A DNA stretch of 64,000 bases from Candidatus Bathyarchaeota archaeon. GTDB taxonomy: Archaea; Thermoproteota; Bathyarchaeia; Bathyarchaeales; Bathycorpusculaceae. Positions within the stretch are counted from its first letter, which is position 1. Each line of letters opens with the position of its first letter. This document shows positions 11,127 through 22,333 of the stretch, piece by piece. Under the pieces are notes generated by a model. The model searched no databases. It saw only the letters and a program-made list of their open reading frames with translations, and had not been told where the DNA came from. The stretch lies in the NCBI GenBank assembly GCA_963720565.1, contig CAVRFW010000013.1, positions 64,001 through 128,000 on the forward strand. Reading direction: 5' to 3'. The position numbers and the translations under genes were made by a program.

Positions 11127-11642
11127 CTATTTTCTGTATGTTGCGTCTCCTTTGAAGATTACCTGCTTGAACTTCCAGCCCGAGTCTTCCACGATTTTTT
11201 TTATCGGGTTGCGCACCTTGCTCACGTCAAAAGAGTAATCGTAGATTTTGCCCCCAGATGTCGGCTCTTCGGTTTTCTTGACGCCCCATTCCTTCGCAAA
11301 CTGCTTTGACCCGATAACTTTTCCACGGAAAAACTTTTTTTCTCCTGAAAAGTCCGCCCCACCTATTGAAACGGCTGCCTCTCCCGAAGTCTCCGCCATT
11401 TCCTCGTTGTATCTCGCCTCGTGCGTCTTCTCGTCCAATAGGAGGAAAGCCTTGTAGCTCTTCTTCAATTTTTCAACTTTGTCTATTTCATATTCTGTTG
11501 CGTCCACTATCTTTCGTTCCACGACAAAATCAGTTTCAGGCGAAGCAACAAACCTGAACTGATCGCTTTTCTGTCCCAACTCGATCAGCTTCGCCGACAA
11601 ATCAATCTTAGACAAAACATTCTTTCTTCCAAACAAAGGCAT
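11127..11642 (-). CDS. Hypothetical protein
   Basis: 171-aa ORF with GGAGG upstream. Confidence 0.65.
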   Translation of the reverse strand: MPLFGRKNVLSKIDLSAKLIELGQKSDQFRFVASPETDFVVERKIVDATEYEIDKVEKLKKSYKAFLLLDEKTHEARYNEEMAETSGEAAVSIGGADFSGEKKFFRGKVIGSKQFAKEWGVKKTEEPTSGGKIYDYSFDVSKVRNPIKKIVEDSGWKFKQVIFKGDATYRK

Positions 11643-11973
11643 ATGTGAACCTCCAAAAACAAAAATAATTCACTTGCGATTTATCGTTTGCGGTTCCACC
11701 ATTGCAAGCCACGCGCGCTCTGTAATTTCTTGCCAAGATTAATGAAAGAATAACAAAAGCAAAGCAGAATTTTCTGTGATGATTATGAAAGCTCCATATG
11801 GCAAGAATTACCCTCACACCCTCTGACAATCATTATCGAGATAATCCCAAAATTCAGAAAAGGAAAAGTGCGTTCTTTCAATAATTTTATAAGCAATTCC
11901 AATGCACAGTAGCAAATGCGTTCTTGCGTGCCTTACTCGCGAGAACAGCAAAAGAAAGGAGAAAAGAAATTAC

Positions 11974-14646
11974 TTGAAAATACACAAAAACGCAGCAGCG
12001 ATAATTTTGCTTTCTACGTTACTAATGCTTTCGATGGAAGTTTCAGTACTAGGACAAGTCACTTTTCCACCAGGAACCAAAATACCAACATACGCCTTCA
12101 TCAACGTTGCACCTAACCCAATAGGCGTCGGTCAATCAGTAACCGTTAACTTCTTCCTTGCAACACCCATGGAAAACAACGAAAGACCCACAAACATGAA
12201 TGTTAAGATAACCAAGCCTGACGGAACAACCCAAACACTGGGACCATTCACAGGAGACACAACCGGAGGATCATTCACCACATTCGTTCCCAGCCAAACT
12301 GGCACCTACTCGTTCCAGTTCCTCTATGGCGGACAAACACTAGCGCCAGGCGGAGGCTACGGAGGCCTCGTTAACCAGCCTAAGCGAAAGTGCTGTAGTA
12401 ATGCTCACAGTGCAAGAAGAACCGATATACGAAAGCGCGTATCCAGCCTCTCCGCTTCCAAGCAACTATTGGCAAACACCGGTTTCATCAATGAACGTCG
12501 AGAACTGGTACAAGATCATGGGACCATGGCTTGGAACTGGCTCAGTCACCTTTGCGCAAACCGGAGGCTACAACGTCAGCTCCATGTGCAATCCATACAC
12601 TGAATCAGTATTGTCCGGTCACGTTCTCTGGACAAAAGTCTGGGGTACCGGAGGCGTAGTCGGCGGCGATGCGGGCGGAGGTCAAGAATCGGGTCACTAC
12701 TGGTCAACCAGACAGTACTGGCCTCAATACGCACCGGTCATAATAAACGGCATAATGTATTCTACCTACTACCCGGAAACCACGGGCTACTCAAATGGCA
12801 TTCTCGCAACAGACCTCTACACAGGCGAAACCCTCTGGACAATAAACACCACTAACGCGTTGCGATGCGGCATGACCATGGACGTTAAAACAGCCAACGC
12901 TTACGGCGCTGTCGGTCCATACATCTGGACCACCGGCACTCTCCCAGCAGCAGACACAGGCGGAAGGCAAATCGGAGGTGGACCCTCGTCGTATATGAAC
13001 ACGACAGGAACACAATGGAACATGTATTCCGGCTTAACTGGACAATACGTCCTCAGCGTAGTCAACGGCACAACCATGACGCTTAGGCCAGACGAAAACG
13101 GAAACTTGATAGGCTACTACATCAACAGCACCGCCGGCCCACAAAATGTCTATTCCTTTGGAGAGGGAGGCGGATTCTTCGGACCCTCACTAGTCCCACG
13201 ATGGTGAATATTACTGGTCCTCGCATGTGCGCTTTCAACATGACACAATTGATAGGCAGTTCTTGGGGATGGGGTCCCTCGGTTAACGGCGTCTATGACT
13301 TTGCGCTAGGTGTAATGTGGTCAAAGCCAGTACCTACCACCATTTCAGGTGTGCCTATAACTCCGGGTCTTGCTTTGAACTCGATAACCGGCGATGCACT
13401 AGTTCTAAGCGGCGGATATGTTCACGGACAAGGAGTCGGAGGAGAAACGGCAGGCTGGCTCGTCATAGCAAGCATGGATCAAAACACAGGCAACGTGTTG
13501 ATGGTAAAGAACCTAACATACCCATCAACAATCTCGTTGTTACCTTTCACAAGAACAACCAGCTCGTTCGGTGACGGCCTGATCGCTATCGCAAACGACG
13601 TCAACAAAAACGTAGTTGCCTACGATGTGCATACAGGCAACAAGGTATGGGAAACAGCTCTTCAAACCGACAGCACTGACGGAAACCAAACGATTACGAC
13701 CTATTCAGCCTAAAGTCATGGGTAGCAAACGGCGTGATGTACTGGTTTGGCTTAGGAGGAGACATCTGGGCTCTTGAAACCAGACAACGGAAACGTAAGA
13801 TGGTACACAAACACGACAAGACTCATCGGCGACCCAGGAATTGAGACTCCCTACGGAATTTGGCCACTATGGGTTTTCAACAGCATGGGCCTCACAAACG
13901 ATGTGGCTTACTTCACTATCGGCCACGAATACAACCCACCACTCTTCCACGGCGCACAGATGCTAGCCGTAAACGCAACTAACGGAGAATTGATATGGAG
14001 CGAACTGGGCACCTACATCAGATCCACAGCCATTGCCTACGGAGTCATGTTGTCTCTGAACGCCTACGATAACCAGATATACGCATTCGCCAAGGGACCA
14101 AGCGCAACCACCGTCACGGCTCCCAGCGTAGGAGTCGCAACCGACACCCCAATAACGATAACAGGCACGGTAATGGACGTTTCAGCTGGCACTCAACAAA
14201 GCGAAGTCGCAAAGAACTTCCCCAACGGCCTCCCATGCGTCTCTGACGAAAGCATGAGCAGCTGGATGGAATACGTCTACCAAAACCAGCCATGTCCAGC
14301 AGACTTTACAGGCGTCAAAGTTACCCTAAACGTCCTTGACTCAAACGGCAACTTCAGACCAATCGGCACCGCCACAACCGATGCTTCGGGCACATTCGGC
14401 TACACTTGGACCCCTGACATACCAGGCAACTACCGAGTCATCGCCAACTTTGAAGGAACAAACGGCTACTATCCATCCTCTGCCACAACATACTTCTACG
14501 CCAGCGAAGCTCAACAACCCACTCCTGAACCAACTCAGGCTCCCACATCTTTAGCTGACCAGTATCTGCTGCCTGCAACAGGCGGAATCATCGCTGCAAT
14601 CGCAATAGTCGGCGTCGCGCTAGCACTATTGCTCAGAAAACGGTAA
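11974..14646 (+). CDS. PQQ-binding-like beta-propeller surface protein, split by about 3 frameshifts
   Basis: Consecutive ORFs 11902-12603, 12401-13207, 13201-13713 and 13774-14646 form one protein: APNPIGVGQ N-terminus, propeller blades (DLYTGETLW, NATNGELIW), GKGPS-like AKGPSAT/PCVSDESMSSWMEYVY domain, C-terminal TM + RKR. Confidence 0.85.
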
Positions 14647-14653
14647 ACATCTT

Positions 14654-14680
14654 GAAGGCAAAGCCTTCACCCCCCTTTTT
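14654..14680 (+). terminator. Hairpin plus pyrimidine tract after the PQQ-propeller gene
   Basis: GAAGGC-AAA-GCCTTC followed by a C run and a T run. Confidence 0.45.
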
Positions 14681-14917
14681 AGTCAACAAAACAAATTAAC
14701 CAGTTGCTGCCACGCGTCGCACGCCTTTTTCAACAAAGGTTTGTTTCTAAAACACTCCTAAAGTTTATCTGTAGATATTGCAGACTTTTAGTGTCGAGAT
14801 GCGGAAAAATGGTTGGAACCGTAGCAAACGCGTTTGCGCAGGTAACGCTTCACGTGTGGGGGCATAACTATTAAGAATGTCCTTCTTAGGCAGAATCAAG
14901 AAGGCAAGAGGATAGTC

Positions 14918-15868
14918 ATGAGTGAAATTTCTAGGCTCTACGATAGTTGCGGGCGCCCAACAATCAATTTCCGGGTTTCTCTGACCCAGCGTTGCAATCT
15001 GAAATGTCCCTACTGCCACCGCGAAGGCCAGCTCAGAGGCTCCAGCCCCCGAGAAATGACCGCGGACGAAGTTGAACGCCTCGTCAAAATCGCTGTTTCT
15101 CTGGGCATAACGTATGTCAAGATTACTGGGGGCGAACCGCTCCTGCGCGAAGACATAGTCGACATCGTAGGCAGAATAGCAGAGATTGAGGGTTTGCAAG
15201 ACGTATCCTTAACCACAAACGGCACTCGTTTAGCCACTTTCGCCAAGCCTCTTCATGAGGCAGGCTTAAAACGTGTTAACATAAACATTGCATCTCTGAA
15301 CGCCAAAACCTACCACAAACTGAACGGAGGCAACTTGAACGATGCCCTAGAAGGTGTGCAGGCAGCTGTTAAGGCAGGTTTTAACCCCGTCAAGCTGAAC
15401 TATTTGCTTCTTAGAGGCGTCAACGAAAATGAAGTCAATGATATGATGGCGTTCGCTGAAAAAAACAACATAATCCTGCAGATGCTAGAACTTGAACCTG
15501 TTAATACGGAGGACTCATACTTCAAGAAGCACTACTACCCTCTAAATGAGATCGAAGAAACCCTCAAAGAGAAAGCCATTTCAGTAAATCAACGCAAAGA
15601 AATGCAGAACCGACGGATCTACACCCTGCCCAAACTGAAGGTTGAAGTCGTTAACTCGCTGGAAAACAGCGCGTTTTGCGCTCGATGCGCACGTTTGCGG
15701 TTAACCAGCAACGGCTTCCTCAAACCCTGCCTAATGGTGCTTGACAATCTCGTTGACGTGCTAACGCCGCTCAGAAACGGAGCCGATGACACCGAACTAA
15801 AAAAATGCTTCATGGAAGCAGTAAGGAGAAGAAAACCATTTTTTCAGCCCTCAAAAACTGAGTCCTGA
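14918..15868 (+). CDS. moaA: GTP 3',8-cyclase (molybdopterin biosynthesis)
   Basis: RVSLTQRCNLKCPYCHREG, TGGEPLLR, C-terminal FCARCARLRLTSNGFLKPCL. Confidence 0.95.
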   Translation: MSEISRLYDSCGRPTINFRVSLTQRCNLKCPYCHREGQLRGSSPREMTADEVERLVKIAVSLGITYVKITGGEPLLREDIVDIVGRIAEIEGLQDVSLTTNGTRLATFAKPLHEAGLKRVNINIASLNAKTYHKLNGGNLNDALEGVQAAVKAGFNPVKLNYLLLRGVNENEVNDMMAFAEKNNIILQMLELEPVNTEDSYFKKHYYPLNEIEETLKEKAISVNQRKEMQNRRIYTLPKLKVEVVNSLENSAFCARCARLRLTSNGFLKPCLMVLDNLVDVLTPLRNGADDTELKKCFMEAVRRRKPFFQPSKTES

Positions 15869-15878
15869 CTCTACCACT

Positions 15879-16826
15879 TCATGGTCTGTAGCCGTTTAGA
15901 ACGCATAAAGCCAGGGTTGCAGCGGTTATGTCGGCTGTTGTTCCGGGGTTATGTCGGCTTCCCGATTCTCTGAGTCTTTTATCAAACTCTAGAATGGCTA
16001 TTTTTCCCTCTGGAGTTTCCAGTCCGCCTTTCTCGAGCATCTTGAATGCGTCAAACGATATTTCGCGCGCCTTCTCGACGCCGGCTTTTCTGGCTATGAA
16101 AGTGTCTGGGTGCTTTGAGAGAATGTTAAGGAAAGTGTGGATGATTGACGTGTTCAAGTCTCTGCTTTTAAGCTGCTCCATAATGTAGGGATAAGCCAGG
16201 TCGAAGGTTATGGGGTAGTTGTTTACCCACTCCGAGCAGATGTCATCGTAACCCGCGGCTAACTTGAAAACCTCGTAAAGCGAAACCTTGTCTTGCAGAA
16301 TCCGCGATTTCGAAGCTGGGTTGCTTACGTCCAGATCTGGCGCTTCGCCAAGACCGCTGGGCTTCGCTATGTCAATGGCCTCGTAAAGGTGAACCGCGTC
16401 TTTGGGAGTCGTTGACTCAACAGCCAACCTCAGGTTTTCCCTCAACAGTCCAAAATCAAAAACAAAATTCCTCTCGGTTCGGGTCATTCCAGCCGCAACA
16501 GCAAGGGGAACAAACAACATCACGGTGCCAAGCAACGTGTTTCCACCTTTCTGCCAAACACTAATGTCGCTTGCGCATTCCTTCATGATTTTGCCCATTC
16601 CAACCTTGCCTACGCCAAGCCTGCCTTCTGACACGGCGACACCCCTCTCAGCTGCTTTTTCGAAAGACGGCCGTGCAGCCACTGCAGAGGCGAGAAAATG
16701 CTCAACTCGCGTACCGTGAAAACCAACCGAGAAATTCACGTTTCCGGGCTTGTTAGCGCTGACCTCAAGAAGAATCGCCAACTCCAAACACTTGGCAATA
16801 TGCTTTGCTTTTTCACTTTTAGGCAT
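15879..16826 (-). CDS. citG: Triphosphoribosyl-dephospho-CoA synthase (CitG/MdcB) family, archaeal/Orf7 type
   Basis: LEVSANKPGNV, GGNTLLG, PDTFIARKAG, NPGTTADITAA motifs. Confidence 0.85.
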   Translation of the reverse strand: MPKSEKAKHIAKCLELAILLEVSANKPGNVNFSVGFHGTRVEHFLASAVAARPSFEKAAERGVAVSEGRLGVGKVGMGKIMKECASDISVWQKGGNTLLGTVMLFVPLAVAAGMTRTERNFVFDFGLLRENLRLAVESTTPKDAVHLYEAIDIAKPSGLGEAPDLDVSNPASKSRILQDKVSLYEVFKLAAGYDDICSEWVNNYPITFDLAYPYIMEQLKSRDLNTSIIHTFLNILSKHPDTFIARKAGVEKAREISFDAFKMLEKGGLETPEGKIAILEFDKRLRESGSRHNPGTTADITAATLALCVLNGYRP

Positions 16827-16939
16827 CTGGGAAAACCCGCTTGAGTCTATACTGGCTCAAAAAAAGTTTATTAACGTTATGTAAAAAGGTACAACCAATT
16901 GAACCAATACAACACCGTGGAAAAAAGGGAGGTTTTTGG

Positions 16940-17959
16940 TTGCGCGCTCGCGAGGGTGATTTGATTGAAACGGGAAACAACGTGGTTTTTGACGTGAAGG
17001 GGCTGGTGCATCCTCCCGGCAAAGTCGTTGCTTTTCCTCGTTTCATACCGTCGCCGACAGGCACCCGCAAAACCCGAAAAGGCTTATACGGGAAAGTCTA
17101 CAACCTGGCTGAACGCTTCAAATACCTCCAGGAAAACATGCCAAACCTCATAGTTCATGACCCGGTCTTCGACGAAAATCTCTGCGAAGTCCCGGACACT
17201 TCAATAACGCAGCATTATAAGCCAGCTGAAGGCCTCAGAAAACTCCGCTTCTCCCGCAAGCTAACCGAGCTAGAAAGCAAGGCACTTCGCTTCGCTGGGT
17301 CGTTGAAAGATGCTGCAGGCATCCCCTGGAACGCTGTTGGAATCTCCGGTTCCGTCCTGGTTGGTCTCTCAACTTCAGGCTCTGACATTGACCCAGTAGT
17401 CTACGGCATCGACAACGCCCGCAAGGCCTACGAGGCACTTGAAAAACTGTTAAAAACTCGGGGTTCAGGCTTTAAACCCTACAGCAATGAGGAGCTGCAA
17501 ACGCTCTTCGAGTTCCGTTCGAAAGACACTGAAATGAGCTTCGAAGACTTCGCCCGGGTCGAATCCCGAAAAGCCTTCCAGGGAAAGTTTGACGGCGTCG
17601 ACTACTTCGTGCGTTTCATGAAAGACTGGCGCGAAATAAACGAGGAGTACGGAGATTTGTGCTACAAGAACAGCGGTCACTCAAAAATAACGGCAACAGT
17701 GAAAGATGATTCAGAAGCCCTCTTCACACCATGCACGTACACACTCGAGAACGTCGAGGTTGTTGACGGTTCAAGGCTGAAGCCAATATCCGAAATTGCC
17801 TCGTTCCGCGGAAGATTCTGCCAGCAAGCTCGAATTGGCGAAACTGTAGTGGCTCAAGGAAAAATAGAGCACGTAATCAACAAGAAACAAAACACTGAGC
17901 ACTACAGAATGATAATCGGCAACAAACCCTCAGACTACATGGCACTCTCATACGTCTAA
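16940..17959 (+). CDS. Predicted pol-beta-fold nucleotidyltransferase (COG1665-like), paralogue 1
   Basis: REGD..VKGLVHP N-terminus, GISGS...SDIDPVVYG, C-terminal OB-like SFRGRFCQQA; TTG start after GGGAGG. Confidence 0.8.
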   Translation: MRAREGDLIETGNNVVFDVKGLVHPPGKVVAFPRFIPSPTGTRKTRKGLYGKVYNLAERFKYLQENMPNLIVHDPVFDENLCEVPDTSITQHYKPAEGLRKLRFSRKLTELESKALRFAGSLKDAAGIPWNAVGISGSVLVGLSTSGSDIDPVVYGIDNARKAYEALEKLLKTRGSGFKPYSNEELQTLFEFRSKDTEMSFEDFARVESRKAFQGKFDGVDYFVRFMKDWREINEEYGDLCYKNSGHSKITATVKDDSEALFTPCTYTLENVEVVDGSRLKPISEIASFRGRFCQQARIGETVVAQGKIEHVINKKQNTEHYRMIIGNKPSDYMALSYV

Positions 17960-19027
17960 CGCCGAAACTTTCAAAACCTGCTCATAATAACGCGGACAAT
18001 AAGTCAAAGTGACCTGGCGAAAACTGCCCCCTGGCGAAACCACTTCTTCAAGATTGCCCTCCACGATAACGGTCTCGTCTTTCTGGACTTGCTGGCGAAA
18101 CTCCTCCATGTACGAGAACACACGCGCCGCCTCCAGGGATTCTCCATTTCCCTCAAGAACCTCCAAGGGCTCAATGCCATAGACTGAGGGTATAAACGGC
18201 GCATCGGAATCATCAACTACTCGGGCTTTGATTCTTGTCCACCCTTTCGGTATGATGCGGCTCTTCGGATTATACTCTGAGACAATTTCGCTCCAGGCCT
18301 TCACCGGCTCAAACTCTGCCTTCGTGATCCTGCCGCTTTTCTTGTCATCGAATAACCCGTAGATCATTTTCCGCTTCTGATGCCACACGAACTCTTTGAC
18401 ACTCAAATTTTTGAGTCGCCAACGTTTCCCCTCCATAGCCTCTTCCGACTCGAACTCGTTTCTGAACCCTGAATCAGACTCGTCATAAAGTGCCTCCAAC
18501 GTTTCGCGCACCGCAATGTTTTGTTTTCTCCCGTAGACTGTCAGGTCAATGTCTGAAAAGTCAGGGTTATGAAAACCTTGAAGCATTGAACCGAACACGC
18601 CAAAACACTTTGCTGGCACGCCTGAATTTTGGGTCACCTTGTTTAGGACACGCACGGTAGCGTCAACAAGCTTGTCTTTAGACTCAATTTTCAACAAAGC
18701 CTGTAACCGTTTTTCCGGCTTTCTCGCCTCCAGAATATCTTCATGTTTCACTCCCAAAACTTTCTGGTTGAGCATTTTGTGGAGAACGGTGTACTGCGGA
18801 TATTTGTCGAAGACGAGTTTCATGCCTTCGTCGTTGTAGAACTTGTAGAAGAGCTGTTTGCCTCCAGTTCTTGGGGCGCGGGGGTCGGTTGACGAGAAAA
18901 TGTTGGCTGAGGCATATTCAGCGTCGCAGATGTAGGCTTTCTTGGGATGGGAGTAGCCAAATACTCTGAAGATTAAGCCTTCCTTGGTGATTATTCCATC
19001 GCGGTCTCTTAGGTTTGCACGGGCCAA
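17948..19027 (-). CDS. Predicted pol-beta-fold nucleotidyltransferase (COG1665-like), paralogue 2
   Basis: RDRD..VFGYSHP, GVFGS...[19 protein letters not shown]. Confidence 0.8.
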   Translation of the reverse strand: MARANLRDRDGIITKEGLIFRVFGYSHPKKAYICDAEYASANIFSSTDPRAPRTGGKQLFYKFYNDEGMKLVFDKYPQYTVLHKMLNQKVLGVKHEDILEARKPEKRLQALLKIESKDKLVDATVRVLNKVTQNSGVPAKCFGVFGSMLQGFHNPDFSDIDLTVYGRKQNIAVRETLEALYDESDSGFRNEFESEEAMEGKRWRLKNLSVKEFVWHQKRKMIYGLFDDKKSGRITKAEFEPVKAWSEIVSEYNPKSRIIPKGWTRIKARVVDDSDAPFIPSVYGIEPLEVLEGNGESLEAARVFSYMEEFRQQVQKDETVIVEGNLEEVVSPGGSFRQVTLTYCPRYYEQVLKVSALDV

Positions 19028-20049
19028 ATGTTCTCTTCCTCTGAGGTAGCGGTTCCAACGACGACTTGATGATGGATTTCGCCAGTCTTGACACATTCAA
19101 CCTGCTCTAGCTGCCCCGAAACTTTGATTTCATTGCCTTCCCGAGCCACGTTTCTGTAGCATCCAATATTAGAAACCACGAGCTCAGGTATCTTATCCAA
19201 GGGCAGCTCCGATGCTGCGTCTAAGGGTTTGTACTTGGCGATTTTGTATGTTGCTGGGCGAAACATGGCTTCTGAGTCATCGCTGACTACGCAGTTGAAG
19301 CGAACTGGCTTGATGGGAGAAAACCGGAATTGACCGTACGTGGTGTTTATTTCTTCAGGTTTTCTTGTGGCGTTGTACATGAATATCTTCTTTTTGTATC
19401 GGCCTTGGAATTTCCGGGCGGCGTCCAACCGGTTGCCGATTATGTAGCTTAGCTTGCCAGCTTCCACGAGTCGAGAAATCGTTTTTTCCACGATTCGAAA
19501 GTTCTTTGAACCATAGACAACGAAGTCTATATCCGACTCCGGCGCATGCATATTTAGGGCAATGGAACCGTGAATCCCAAAATCCTTCAGGCTAACACCT
19601 GACTCTTCCGACAGGGATAGGACAAGATCCAACGCCATTCTCTGGAGTTTGTCCGGGTTTTTCAAACGGATTAAAGCTTCTAAACGATCCCTTGGCACAA
19701 AAACCAGCTCAATCCTGCCCAAGGGAGCGATAATCAGCTCCTTTTTGCGCAGATAACAATAGTAAATGTACTCAGGGAAGTGTGCACGTAGAGTCTCGAT
19801 GAAAGACTTGTAGTTCTTGGCCGTGTAGAGTTTTTCTGCACGGAAAAGCTTTCTGCCCTTGTAATTCCATGTCCGCTCCAGCATCTCAACATGAAAAAGC
19901 TCTCTAAAATCAGAGGGAATGTACTTGAGAAACGCAAAAACCCGGTCTATCGGGTGTTCATATCCAAAAGTGTTAAGGATGAAACCGTCTTTTGTTACGA
20001 ATGTATCTCCATCGGCTGGAATCCAATCAGTAACCTCCACTCTTCTCAC
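19009..20049 (-). CDS. Predicted pol-beta-fold nucleotidyltransferase (COG1665-like), paralogue 3
   Basis: ADGD..TFGYEHP, GIHGS...[19 protein letters not shown]. Confidence 0.8.
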   Translation of the reverse strand: MRRVEVTDWIPADGDTFVTKDGFILNTFGYEHPIDRVFAFLKYIPSDFRELFHVEMLERTWNYKGRKLFRAEKLYTAKNYKSFIETLRAHFPEYIYYCYLRKKELIIAPLGRIELVFVPRDRLEALIRLKNPDKLQRMALDLVLSLSEESGVSLKDFGIHGSIALNMHAPESDIDFVVYGSKNFRIVEKTISRLVEAGKLSYIIGNRLDAARKFQGRYKKKIFMYNATRKPEEINTTYGQFRFSPIKPVRFNCVVSDDSEAMFRPATYKIAKYKPLDAASELPLDKIPELVVSNIGCYRNVAREGNEIKVSGQLEQVECVKTGEIHHQVVVGTATSEEENIWPVQT

Positions 20050-20205
20050 ACCGCGAATATGGTTATGCCATTAACTAAAAAAGCTATTGCACCTCGCCGT
20101 TTCGGAACAATGATACAACGCGATTTGGCTAAACAATCTGACTCTGCGCAGTTGGCAATGAACCGCTTCGTTAGAATTAGCATTCTCTATAGAAAGTAAC
20201 TCTGA

Positions 20206-20553
20206 TCAGACGAGTTTGTTACAGTCTGTCTCGACCTTTTCTAGCCATTCGTTAAACTCGCTTATGTCGAGTCCTCCTCCAAGGTCCGCGTCAAGTCGTC
20301 TCTGCACCTTTCCCTCAACCAGAAAAATTGCTGTTGGCACAGCTTCAATATTGTAGTCTTCCCACAATGGATTACTGTAATCATCGATTCGCACCATCAG
20401 AAAAGCGGCGAACTTGGATTCTGAAGAGGCTCTTTTGAAAACCGGCAAAAATCGAGTGCAGAAAGGACACCAAGAAGCGTAGAATAGTGCCAGAACCTTT
20501 TTCTCCTTAAAAAGCTGGCTTTCCAGATCCTTCCTGCTGGTGACTTCAATCAT
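20206..20553 (-). CDS. Thioredoxin family protein
   Basis: FYASWCPFC and cis-Pro AVPT. Confidence 0.9.
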   Translation of the reverse strand: MIEVTSRKDLESQLFKEKKVLALFYASWCPFCTRFLPVFKRASSESKFAAFLMVRIDDYSNPLWEDYNIEAVPTAIFLVEGKVQRRLDADLGGGLDISEFNEWLEKVETDCNKLV

Positions 20554-20742
20554 AAGTTCAATCTGAACTTCTTACGTCATTCTTAAACATGTCGTCTGCT
20601 AAGGCAACATAAGAAGCCATTTTGTCAATGGCAAATCTGTAAATTTGCAGAGTAGAGAAGGCTCTCCGAAACAAGAAACAGGTTTAGGCAACATCCTATA
20701 TACATGATTTCACAGTCATTTACAAAAGCCAAAGTGAATTTT

Positions 20743-21469
20743 TTGAAACCAAAGACAAAGTACAAACGCGGATATGCTGTAGCAACACTGATAGGTATTG
20801 AAGAGACCAACGGGGTAGTGTGGAAGGTCTTTAGTCACGTCGCCAAACATGAGAGAACAATAACCCTGAACGAATCAAGAGACAGCCTGAAATCCTTATA
20901 CAATTTTCACGAAGCAATAATTAACACTCTCAGACCTATTCTAAGAGAGGGTGTTAGGAGCATAATCTTGGCGTCACCTCCCAGGACCAACTACTCGCAA
21001 GAATTCGTTAGGCATGTTCGCCAACACCACGCTTGGCTTAATCAAGGACCCAGCAAAGCAATGCTGTCTGAAATTACAGGGTCAGCAAGTACCCAGTCTC
21101 AAGTAGCTGCATTGACAAGAACCGCAGCGTTCCATGAACTTGTTGACAAAACCACTCTGGAAGAAACAGAAAACCTGCTCGATCTGCTGGAGAAACGACT
21201 CAACACCTCAGACAACAAATACGCTGTGCTGTTTTCGCTAGAAGAAGCAGAAGGCATAATACTAAAACATCAGACAACCGAGCGAACCTGAACCTGAGTA
21301 TCTTCTGCTCACGGACACGTACCTGGCAAACACCCGCCAGAAAAACCGTTTGCATCGACTAATGCAGATTGCCGCAAACAGAAACGTCAAAACCAGAATC
21401 GTGAACGCTGAATCTCAAGCCGGAAAACGCATCACACAGTTGGGCGGACTCGTATGCCTAGTGCATTAG
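20743..21469 (+). CDS. Pelota/eRF1-like protein containing only the M and C domains (frameshift near 21280)
   Basis: ORF 20704-21291 continues in another frame as EPEYLLLTDTYL...VKTRIVNAESQAGKRITQLGGLVCLVH* (TAG 21467-21469), matching the pelota end VVSTEHEAGSKLLALGGIAALL. Confidence 0.7.
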
Positions 21470-22192
21470 TCCAGAACGTTTCAGTTCTTCAATTGAAATC
21501 TTTCCAGAGTGCAGAGCCGTCGCAGCCAAAACACCATAAACGCCTATTTTCTTCATCTCAAGCAAATCTCCCAAGTCCCGAACTCCACCGCCTACAAACA
21601 ACTTTACCATGGAATTTGTAAGGGCTGTTTTCAGAATCTGGGAATTTATTCCTTCCCCGCTACCAACTCTTGCCAAGTCCAACACGATAAAACTCTCAAC
21701 ACCAACTCTCTGAAATTCACTAAGCAAAGCCAACGGTTCAGCGAACTCGCCCGACGGAAGTTGGCTGAGCAACTTGTTTCCCATCAAATCAATACTCACG
21801 ATGACCCTTTCGCTGCCGAAAGTCTCAACAGCTTTCGCGACGAAGTCCATGCTTCGCAGAGTTTCTGTTCCAATAACAACCTTCGACGCGTGACTTTCCA
21901 AGACTTTTTCTGCTTGTTCAATATTCGCCACGCCGGCATCCACCATCAACTCGAGCCCTGTTTTCTCAGCAATGCGTCTGTATATGGCGTAGTTTGCCTT
22001 GTTTCCAATAATAGCGTCCAGATCTGCGAGGTAAAGATCTTGAAAACCGCACTCTTTGAAGGCAGATGCAACCTCTAAGGGGTCAGCAGAAGAACACAGC
22101 ACGCTCTTGACTGGCTGATAATATTTTCTTCGACCCCTAACCGCGTGAACAACAATGCCGCCAAGAATGTCGATGACGGGTACTATCTTCAA
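21458..22192 (-). CDS. HisA/HisF-related TIM barrel, H4MPT/MFR-linked Orf17 type
   Basis: MKIVPVIDILGGIVVHAVRGRR..YQPV, YLADLDAI, LDLARVGSGEG, GGGVR. Confidence 0.85.
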   Translation of the reverse strand: MKIVPVIDILGGIVVHAVRGRRKYYQPVKSVLCSSADPLEVASAFKECGFQDLYLADLDAIIGNKANYAIYRRIAEKTGLELMVDAGVANIEQAEKVLESHASKVVIGTETLRSMDFVAKAVETFGSERVIVSIDLMGNKLLSQLPSGEFAEPLALLSEFQRVGVESFIVLDLARVGSGEGINSQILKTALTNSMVKLFVGGGVRDLGDLLEMKKIGVYGVLAATALHSGKISIEELKRSGLMH

Positions 22193-22333
22193 TCGTTTCT
22201 ACCCCTCTTGGAAAATAAAAGCGCTCATAGAAAAGAGTATTGCCGACAAGACTTGCATGGCTCAAAACGGAAAGACGAGTTGTCTAATCAAAAACTTTAA
22301 AGGCACTGGTAAACCGCATCATTATGACCTAGA

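Noticed and set aside
16940..20049. Nucleotidyltransferase trio as a CBASS/CD-NTase or MNT-HEPN defence system
   Set aside because: There are no effector, HEPN or Cap genes nearby, the context is housekeeping cofactor biosynthesis, and the domain layout differs.
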